This document shows, piece by piece, positions 7,360-14,176 of a stretch of DNA of 14,176 nt; positions within the stretch are counted from its first letter, which is position 1; every line of letters starts with the position of its first letter. The DNA comes from an uncultured bacterium. Its GTDB lineage: Bacteria; CSSED10-310; CAZUFC01. The DNA is taken from NCBI GenBank assembly GCA_964619725.1, contig CAZUFC010000178.1:1-14176 (forward strand), in the 5' to 3' direction. Below the pieces are notes generated by a model that saw nothing but the letters and a program-made list of their open reading frames with translations, was not told the DNA's origin and made no database searches. The translations under genes were made by a program, and so were the position numbers.

Positions 7360-7998
7360 ATGCTTATTTCCGGCGAAATAACGATAATGATAGACGGCAG
7401 GTCAGCCGTATTGAGAAACGCTGAAACCGATGACAGATTGAACAGGATATTTGGAAAACTGGAAGCTGACTGCCGCAAGAATAAACGAAGCATCATCAAA
7501 ATAAAAATAAATGGACAGAAAATAGAATGGTCGGAGAAAGATTACTTTATGAAAGAATCAAATGAAGCACTGGAAAGAATAGAAATATCTACGACACCCA
7601 CCGAAAAGTTGCTGGGCGAAGCTGTTGAAGAGTTCGTACGTTATGTGCCGCGCTTATCTGAAGGGTTGAACAAGGTTGTGGGTTTAATGCGAAGCGGGAA
7701 GGTTCAGGAAAGCCTGCAACTTTATGCTGAAGCGATTGAAGGATTGCAATGGGTAACCTCTGTGGAAGAAAACGTGCTGTTCTACATCCAGGACGCCGGC
7801 TCGCAAAACGAACAAGAGAAAACATCAAGTCAGCGGAACGCGCTGAACCCATCCAGGTATAACGGCATTTTCAGCGAGCTGTTGGATGCTCAGGAGTCAA
7901 AGGATTGGGTATGGTTCGCTGATTTATTGGAATATGAATTGATTCCGCTTCTGGAAGAGGATAAAAATCAATTTCATTCCCTCTTTGAACAATTCTGA
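7360..7998 (+). CDS. Hypothetical protein in the flagellar/maf cluster
   Basis: 212-aa ORF 11 nt after the previous stop. N-terminal beta-like segment (IIKIKINGQ) and helical C-terminus ending ELLDAQESKDWVWFADLLEYELIPLLE. Confidence 0.75.
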   Translation: MLISGEITIMIDGRSAVLRNAETDDRLNRIFGKLEADCRKNKRSIIKIKINGQKIEWSEKDYFMKESNEALERIEISTTPTEKLLGEAVEEFVRYVPRLSEGLNKVVGLMRSGKVQESLQLYAEAIEGLQWVTSVEENVLFYIQDAGSQNEQEKTSSQRNALNPSRYNGIFSELLDAQESKDWVWFADLLEYELIPLLEEDKNQFHSLFEQF

Positions 7999-8037
7999 TT
8001 TTAAAAATTCTACAATTTAATTCCTCTATTTTAATAA

Positions 8038-9732
8038 ATGAAATTCGATACTGAGCTTTCCAAAAAAGGACGTCCTATCTTAAAAGCCCAAACGGCTGAC
8101 GGACGGACTCAATATTTAAACAGCCGTTACGATCCTGTGCGAGAGACGTTGCATCTGATAAAGGATAAAGGAGTTGAGGAAGCGGATTGCGTTGTCGTGA
8201 TAGGCGAATCCATGGGATATCTTTCTGGTGAGGTATTAAAAAGGATGCCGTCGGGAGGAGAACTGATCGTCATATATGGTCATGAGGCGATAAAGAGGAA
8301 AACTGAAAAATTCGCGCCGGAACCGGTAAAGCGTCCTGATATAATAAAAACCATAATGGTCGGTGATGAAGAAATCGACTGGCCGCAATTCTGGGAGCGT
8401 CACCTCAATCCGTTAAAAGTCGAAAAGCTTAGCGTGATCGTTCAACCCGCCTGCATGAGATTGTTCTCCGAATTGTTCGGTAAAATAGGAAAAAGTCTGG
8501 AAAACTATTTAGCTGCAGCGAAAAAGAACTTGGGAAGCGGTTTCCGTAACAGCTCGATGCAGATGTCGCATTTATTGCGCAATTTGGACTTGCCGGGCAA
8601 AGCGCCTGGAATTGCAGCGTTGTTCAATAAATTCGATGGACAGAGTGCAGTTCTGGTTGGAGCCGGACCTTCACTGGATAAAAATATTGATGATCTGAAA
8701 AAATACAGGCATTGCGCCTTGATCCTGGCGCTGGATACGGCTCTGCAGCCGCTCTTGCATCAAGGCATTACGCCTCATTTCGTCATCTCCATGGATGCTT
8801 CCGTGCGTAACGCTTTTCACCTGGACTCATGGAAGCTTTACGCGAACAGCGAGGAAACGCCTTTCCTGGTCGGCAGCCTATGCCTGTTTCCGCAAGCTTT
8901 CGCACAGTTTGAAGGCAGCGCTTTTTATGCCTGGACGGACGAGATGAAGCATCTGATCCCGAAGGAGTTTCTACTGGAAGACGGACTGATTGACGGATGG
9001 GGATCAGTATCTGTGGCTGCCGTAGATTTCCTTTTTAAACTGGGCTGCTGTCCGATAATACTGGCCGGCGTTGATTTCGCCTACTCGGAAGGAAAAGTAT
9101 ATTGCCGGAATACTTCTTATGAAAAAACGGACGGCGAGGACTTCTTCACCTGGAATTCGAGAGGAAGAATCGCCAATAATGAAAACGCGGTCATGGCGAA
9201 GGATATTCACGGTCATCCACAGCCGGCATCGGAAAATCTCATGCTCTATCGCGACGCCTTCATTAAAAAAATTGCAGGCTCCAGAACAAAGATAATTAAC
9301 GCAACCGAAGGCGGGATACTGAATCAGCGCGTTAAAATCATGACGCTTGAAAAAGCGCTGAAAGAATATGCCGGAAAAAAATCTGACTATCGCTCTATCA
9401 TACGCTCATGCCTGCCGATTAAAGCCGACCGGAAGGCCAGGATGAACTGGAGAGACGCTTTACAGAACAGGTTTTCGGAATTCCAGGAATCTGTATTTGC
9501 TGAAACCGGCCCGGAAAAAACGGGTGACGCTTCTGCAATCATCCGGAAAGCAGTATCGCAACTTGCAGACGCCAAGGCGCTGTTTACCTGGATGCAGGCC
9601 GCTGATCCCAAGTTGATCATGGATTTAAATCGATACTTCAAACGAAACAGGGCTGCTGATCCGTCTGAAGCCCATCAATTAGTCGCCTCAATGAAAAAAA
9701 CACTTTCCATTTTGTCCGAATCAATTAATTAG
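8038..9732 (+). CDS. maf: Motility-associated factor (Maf/DUF115, MptE-like domain), putative flagellin glycosyltransferase
   Basis: Motifs YLNSRYDP.RE, AVLVGAGPSLDKNI, GITPHFVISMD, GSVS...LGCCPIILAGVDFAY and IINATEGG; downstream of the flagellin operon. Confidence 0.85.
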   Translation: MKFDTELSKKGRPILKAQTADGRTQYLNSRYDPVRETLHLIKDKGVEEADCVVVIGESMGYLSGEVLKRMPSGGELIVIYGHEAIKRKTEKFAPEPVKRPDIIKTIMVGDEEIDWPQFWERHLNPLKVEKLSVIVQPACMRLFSELFGKIGKSLENYLAAAKKNLGSGFRNSSMQMSHLLRNLDLPGKAPGIAALFNKFDGQSAVLVGAGPSLDKNIDDLKKYRHCALILALDTALQPLLHQGITPHFVISMDASVRNAFHLDSWKLYANSEETPFLVGSLCLFPQAFAQFEGSAFYAWTDEMKHLIPKEFLLEDGLIDGWGSVSVAAVDFLFKLGCCPIILAGVDFAYSEGKVYCRNTSYEKTDGEDFFTWNSRGRIANNENAVMAKDIHGHPQPASENLMLYRDAFIKKIAGSRTKIINATEGGILNQRVKIMTLEKALKEYAGKKSDYRSIIRSCLPIKADRKARMNWRDALQNRFSEFQESVFAETGPEKTGDASAIIRKAVSQLADAKALFTWMQAADPKLIMDLNRYFKRNRAADPSEAHQLVASMKKTLSILSESIN

Positions 9733-9785
9733 TGTCTGTCCACAAACGCGAATCTCGATTCAAAATTTAATGCTGGACAGCCACT
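9730..9785 (+). repeat. Short palindromic dispersed repeat (element A, copy 2), MITE/REP-like
   Basis: Terminal inverted repeat agtgtctgtcca (9731-9742) / tggacagccact (9774-9785), 11/12. 46/51 identical to the reverse complement of 1-51. Begins at the maf TAG stop. Confidence 0.88.
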
Positions 9786-9933
9786 TGGGTTTTTGATCCA
9801 TAAACGGGCGAATTTATCTTAAGGCAAGGAAGGCAAAGATTTGCGAAGAAGGCGTATTTATTATATGTTGACTGAGCAAATCCGAAGCCTGACGCAGCAC
9901 TGGGGGAAATTCGCCGTTTATGGACAAAAACTA
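9786..9933. mobile_element. 148-bp non-autonomous palindromic element (MITE-like, element B)
   Basis: About 25-bp imperfect TIRs: gtttttgatccataaacgggcgaattt / aaattcgccgtttatggacaaaaac, right end followed by TA. Nested internal stems aggc/gcct, gatttgc/gcaaatc and ggcgtat/atatgtt. Confidence 0.7.
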
Positions 9934-10074
9934 ATTATCACCAGCATTAGCTCTCTGAGAACTTATAATATATCGCAGGATTGATAAACGCCGATCACAA
10001 TCTGCCCCATCAAAAATCGGCCGTGTGAAATCCCCCCGGCATACTCTCCTTTACCCATAAACCTCTCTGCCGCT

Positions 10075-10110
10075 GTCGTTATCGAAATCGGGATCGCTAT
10101 CGGGATCGAA
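10075..10110 (+). repeat. RTCGNN hexamer array x6
   Basis: gtcgtt atcgaa atcggg atcgct atcggg atcgaa. Confidence 0.85.
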
Positions 10111-10223
10111 ATCCCGAACTCTGACATCCACATCCTAACATATTGCATTAAATTGATTTTTGACAATTGATCAAAAAGGCATCTTCAGCGATTACAATTC
10201 TTCCGAGTATCCCATCATTTTGT

Positions 10224-10310
10224 TTCGATTTTGATTTCGATACCGATCACGATTACTGAAACAAACTGTCAAACGTTTTGAAAGAAGTGTAACCTCGGTT
10301 TGATCAGTCC
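10224..10310 (-). repeat. Element C, copy 1: about 57-bp leader plus ATCGNN array x5
   Basis: The minus strand reads ggactgatcaaaccgaggttacacttctttcaaaacgtttgacagtttgtttcagta, then atcgtg atcggt atcgaa atcaaa atcgaa. About 56/68 identical to 14035-14101. Confidence 0.85.
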
Positions 10311-10411
10311 CCTCCTCGCGTCTAATGATGGACAATCCGGTTTTATTTTGTTAACTATGGGCCGGCTGAATGCGGATTTTTGATCTAAACGGACAGGAGG
10401 CTTTTGAGCGA

Positions 10412-11734
10412 ATGAATTTGAAGGATATAAACCGGGAGTTATGCGCCGAAGTCTGGACTTCAGAGGAAATTTTGAAAATTTTCGACATGGTGACTGACAT
10501 TCCGCACAGGATGTGCGGCAGCAGAGAAGAAAAAATCGTCCAGAAGCGTATATTGAACTATTTGAAAGAGATAAATCTGGAAACGCAATTTCAGAAATTC
10601 AAGGTTAAATCCTGGGAAAGAGGCGAATCGCGCCTGGTACTGCATAATGGAAGAAAAAACATTGAATTGCCGTGTTTGGGAATGGTTTATTCCCCTGAGA
10701 CATCTAAAGAACTGCTTCGATTAGAAATGATCGATGTCGGAGAGGGCACACCTAGAGATGTTGAAGAATTGGGAAGTCGACTTAACGGTCGGGCAGCTCT
10801 TTTTACGAAAACGGATTACAGGCAGAACTGGGACCCGCCGAAGGGATACAGCCGGTATGATGCTGTTGTGAAGAAGGGAGCTGCGGCAATAATAAACGGA
10901 ACGCATCGTTCACCGGGAGTTTGCTCCGCGGAGACAGCGCGTTTCAAGGAAACGGAGCCGGTTCCCTCAATCTCGGTGTCGGGAGAAACGGCTGCATTAC
11001 TGGCCGGGCGCTCCAGGAACGGTAAAGGAAAGATAAGCATATCGTTGAAGGGCAAAACGACTGATCGCTTCAGCGGCAATATAATCGGATGCTTGCCGGG
11101 CTTGCAGAAGCATGAGGAAATCATACTGGGCGCTCATCTGGATACTTTTGATTTGTGCTGCGGAGCGAGCGACAACGGTTCGGGAGCCACGACGGTTCTT
11201 GGGGCCTGCCGGCTGTTGTCGAAACTGAATCATGTTTTCCGGCGAACCGTAAGATTCGTTCTATTTACCGGTGAAGAGCTGGGGAGGCTGGGTTCCCAAA
11301 AATACGTCGAATCCCGGAAACCTGCGGACGACATCGGCCTTTTCTTTAATTTCGACATTCCGGTCAATGGAGGTTACCCGGCTTTATTGACCATGACCGA
11401 ATCAAATACAGCGGGGCTGTGGAACGATGTAATAAAGGAGATGGATTATTATTTCCCGGTTGAAGAAATAAAGTCCCGCCGATCAGACCACTTTTCATTT
11501 TATGCTGAAGGCATACCTATCATTTGGGAAATCGGAAGGCAACGCGGCACGAGAGCTCCTGAACCGCTCCATCATACTCATCTGGATACTCGGGAAAAGG
11601 TCAATCCTAATGAGCTGCGGGAGGCTTTAATGATGGCCGTAAAGATCGTCGCCTTCCTGGCGGATACGGAAAAATTTCCCTTTGAAAGATTTGAGCCGCC
11701 GTCCTCTGACGGCGATAAATTTCAAAATGGATGA
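10412..11734 (+). CDS. M28-family Zn metallopeptidase with PA domain
   Basis: Motifs HRMCGS, GAHLD, GASDNGSG, FTGEELGRLGS, FNFD, SDHFSF and HHTHLDT, plus a PA-like insert (DVGEGT...GRAAL...KGAAAII...PSISVS). SD caggagg at 10394-10400 favours ATG 10412 over 10370. No signal peptide. Confidence 0.88.
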   Translation: MNLKDINRELCAEVWTSEEILKIFDMVTDIPHRMCGSREEKIVQKRILNYLKEINLETQFQKFKVKSWERGESRLVLHNGRKNIELPCLGMVYSPETSKELLRLEMIDVGEGTPRDVEELGSRLNGRAALFTKTDYRQNWDPPKGYSRYDAVVKKGAAAIINGTHRSPGVCSAETARFKETEPVPSISVSGETAALLAGRSRNGKGKISISLKGKTTDRFSGNIIGCLPGLQKHEEIILGAHLDTFDLCCGASDNGSGATTVLGACRLLSKLNHVFRRTVRFVLFTGEELGRLGSQKYVESRKPADDIGLFFNFDIPVNGGYPALLTMTESNTAGLWNDVIKEMDYYFPVEEIKSRRSDHFSFYAEGIPIIWEIGRQRGTRAPEPLHHTHLDTREKVNPNELREALMMAVKIVAFLADTEKFPFERFEPPSSDGDKFQNG

Positions 11735-11796
11735 TAATATGACCATTGACGGCGGTTCGTCGTCCCAGACCTCTTGAGAATGGTGAGTGAGTACCG

Positions 11797-14010
11797 ATGA
11801 TACATAATTTCCTGGCGACGGCGCCGCGATTCACGGAAGATTTGCTCATCAAGGAATTGAAATCGCTCGGCGCTCAGAACGTTAAACAAGTCAGGGGCGG
11901 CGTTTCTTTTCTGGGCGATTTGGAAATCGCGTACAGGGCATGTTTATGGTCCAGGATTGCAAACAGACTTTTACTGCCGATAAGTAATTTTACAGTTGAA
12001 AATAAAGACGATCTTTACCGGTCGTCCCTGCAGGTCCCCTGGAACAAACACTTTTCTTGCGATCAAACCTTCGCCGTGAGTTGTTCGCTTTCCCAGGCCG
12101 CTATAAACAACTCCATGTACGGAGCCCTGGTCGTAAAAGATGCCATTGCCGATTTTTTCCGCAAAAGAGAGGGCAGGCGGCCTTCTGTAGATACGAAAAC
12201 GCCGGATATGAGAATTAATCTGTACATAAACAGAACCGAAGCATCGATCAACATCGATTTTTCGGGAAACAGTCTTCATAAAAGAGGATACCGGACAGCC
12301 GGGGAAACTTCTTCCGCACCGGCCTCAGACGCGGCTCCGCTTAAAGAAAATACTGCTGCAGCGGTGCTTATGAGAGCCGGATGGCCGGATAAATCCGAAT
12401 GCAGCCCTTTGCTTGATCCAATGTGCGGAACGGGCACACTCGTAATAGAAGGCGCCATGATGGCCGCCGGCATCGCCCCGGGACTCGATAGAAACTTTTA
12501 TGGATTCAAAGGATGGAAGAAACACAAACCGCAAATCTGGCGTAATCTGGTAAACGAAGCCCGGGAAAAATCAAAAAAAGGCCTCAGAAATTTGCCGCCG
12601 GTCATCGGTTATGATGCCGACAAAAGAGCCGTTGCTGAAGCTTTGGCTAATGTTGAAAAAGCGGGCTTGAGAGGCATCGTTCATATCGAGCGGCGGGAAC
12701 TCGCTGATGTGGAACCGCCGCCCGTAAAAAAAACTCATGAACACGGGCTTATTGCCGTCAACCCTCCCTATGGAGTGAGACAAGGCGAAAAAAATGAGCT
12801 GTATCCGCTATATGAAAAGTTGGGGAAGCTAATGCACGATCGCTTCCAGGGATGGGAAGCCGCCATTCTGACGGAAACGAAAAAAATGGCCCGGCATGTC
12901 GGATTGAGGGCCTCCAGGGTCAATTCAATTTATAACGGCGGCATACGTTGCGTAATCGTTCATTTTAACCTGGACCCGGATAATGAATTCCGTTCTCTGT
13001 TCTCTGAACGAAAAAAAACGGAAAATATAAAATCCCCGAAAGTCGAACCGGCAAACAGCAGAACAGCGCCGACATCGGGCGCGCAAATGTTCAAAAACAG
13101 GCTGCTCAAGACTTCAAAAAGATTCGGGAAATGGGCCAGGAAAAACGATATCGCCTGTTACAGAATATATGATCGCGATCTGCCCGATTATGCCGTATCC
13201 GTTGACCTGTTTGAAGATACCTGGGCCAATGTTCAGGAATATGCGCCGCCTGCAGGCATCGACCCGGACAAAGCGCAAAAAAGACTTTCTAATATCATGA
13301 AAATTGTTCCTGAAACCTTGAAACTGAAATCCGAAAATGTTTTCCTCAAGCAAAGAAAAAGACAGCGAGGCTCCTGGCAATACCCCAGACTAGACCATTC
13401 AGGAAAATTATATCAGGTCAGCGAATTCGGCCTCTCCTTCCTCGTCAACTTCACCGATTACCTGGATGTGGGCTTGTTCCTGGACGATCGTCTCATCAGA
13501 AAACTGATCCATGACCTGGCCGATAACAGAAGGTTCCTCAATCTGTTCTGCTATACCGGCGCCGCTACCGTCTATGCGGCAAAAGGCAAAGCCGGCTTTA
13601 CTCTCTCCGTGGACAAATCGGCTCAATACCTGTCCTGGGCCAGAAAAAACATGGCGCTGAACGGATACAGCGACTACAACCATAAATTCCATAAGCAGGA
13701 ATGCCTGGAATTTCTGAAAAACCACAAGCGGAAGTATGACTTGATTCTTCTGGGCCCACCGGCATTTTCCAACATAAAAGGCAAAGGATACTTCGATTTG
13801 CAGAAAAATCATCCGGAAATGATCAACCGTACCGCCAATCTGTTGACGAATGAAGGCATATTGATATTTTCAACGAATTACAAAAATTTCAAACTGAATC
13901 AACAGGCGATCCAGGGACTCTCCGTTAATAACCAGTCGAAACAGACTCTCCCCAAAGATTTTTACAGAACCGCCAATATGCATCACTGCTGGATATTGAC
14001 CAGAAAATAA
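11797..14010 (+). CDS. rlmL: Bifunctional 23S rRNA methyltransferase RlmKL (m2G2445 / m7G2069)
   Basis: THUMP region (AYRACLWSRIANR, ALVVKDAIAD.F), SG.SLHKRGYR, APLKEN.AAA, LDPMCGTGT, NPPYG. Second MTase half: F.NRL.K, CYRIYDRDLPDY, VQEYAPP, VNFTDYLD.GLFLD.R, FLNLFCYTG. Confidence 0.93.
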   Translation: MIHNFLATAPRFTEDLLIKELKSLGAQNVKQVRGGVSFLGDLEIAYRACLWSRIANRLLLPISNFTVENKDDLYRSSLQVPWNKHFSCDQTFAVSCSLSQAAINNSMYGALVVKDAIADFFRKREGRRPSVDTKTPDMRINLYINRTEASINIDFSGNSLHKRGYRTAGETSSAPASDAAPLKENTAAAVLMRAGWPDKSECSPLLDPMCGTGTLVIEGAMMAAGIAPGLDRNFYGFKGWKKHKPQIWRNLVNEAREKSKKGLRNLPPVIGYDADKRAVAEALANVEKAGLRGIVHIERRELADVEPPPVKKTHEHGLIAVNPPYGVRQGEKNELYPLYEKLGKLMHDRFQGWEAAILTETKKMARHVGLRASRVNSIYNGGIRCVIVHFNLDPDNEFRSLFSERKKTENIKSPKVEPANSRTAPTSGAQMFKNRLLKTSKRFGKWARKNDIACYRIYDRDLPDYAVSVDLFEDTWANVQEYAPPAGIDPDKAQKRLSNIMKIVPETLKLKSENVFLKQRKRQRGSWQYPRLDHSGKLYQVSEFGLSFLVNFTDYLDVGLFLDDRLIRKLIHDLADNRRFLNLFCYTGAATVYAAKGKAGFTLSVDKSAQYLSWARKNMALNGYSDYNHKFHKQECLEFLKNHKRKYDLILLGPPAFSNIKGKGYFDLQKNHPEMINRTANLLTNEGILIFSTNYKNFKLNQQAIQGLSVNNQSKQTLPKDFYRTANMHHCWILTRK

Positions 14011-14034
14011 ACTGAACCCCGCTAAGAATTCGCA

Positions 14035-14176
14035 GGACTGAATAAACCGGAATTACACTTTTTTCAAAACTTTTGACGGTCCTTTCAGTAATCGGGATCG
14101 GGGTCGGTATCGGTATCGCTATCGGTATCGGTATCGGTATCGGGGTCGGGATCGGGGTCGGGATCGCTATCGCTAT
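14035..14176 (+). repeat. Element C, copy 2: about 56-bp leader plus RTCGNN array x14 (truncated by the window end)
   Basis: Leader ggactgaataaaccggaattacacttttttcaaaacttttgacggtcctttcagta (14035-14090), then 14 hexamers (atcggg, gtcggt, atcggt, atcgct, gtcggg...) at 14091-14174. Confidence 0.9.

Noticed and set aside
7985..8016. Internal sigma-70 promoter for maf (TTGAAC...TACAAT)
   Set aside because: Spacer is 20 nt, and the AT-rich gap makes chance matches likely.
9963..10166. 67-aa minus-strand ORF, plus a 10-codon ORF (MPGGFHTADF) near 10010-10042
   Set aside because: The ISIPIAIPISI segment is simply the hexamer array translated; no recognisable domain. The short ORF has too tight an SD spacing.
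11739..11777. 12-codon ORF and small hairpin between the peptidase and rlmKL
   Set aside because: No SD and a weak 7-bp stem; within chance expectation.
1976..13812. Remaining short antisense or alternate-frame ORFs from the track (e.g. 1976-2350, 6330-6758, 13408-13812)
   Set aside because: All overlap well-supported genes and show no recognisable motifs.

Overview
Bacterial (probably diderm) chromosomal window. From left to right it holds: a secreted Cys-rich surface protein with a long Pro/Thr/Ser tandem-repeat stalk and an IPTL-CTERM-like sorting tail; a convergent DUF2490-like outer-membrane beta-barrel gene; a late flagellar filament cluster (sigma-28 promoter, CsrA-type leader, short 274-aa flagellin, flaG, unusually long fliD, fliS, FliT/FlgN-like protein, hypothetical protein, Maf/DUF115 flagellin glycosyltransferase); a repeat-dense intergenic region (9730-10310); a PA-domain M28 peptidase; and a fused rlmKL whose RlmK half has GPP in place of the conserved DPP motif. 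The most unusual feature is the repeat architecture. A short palindromic element occurs as inverted copies at 1-51 and 9730-9780, bracketing the surface-protein/flagellin block. A related 148-bp MITE-like palindrome abuts the second copy. A different element (about 57-bp leader plus RTCGNN hexamer array) occurs as inverted copies at 10224-10310 and 14035-14176, bracketing the peptidase-rlmKL pair. Both window ends fall inside repeats. No transposase, recombinase, CRISPR array, tRNA or rRNA was seen. All family assignments come from motif recognition by eye, not database searches.
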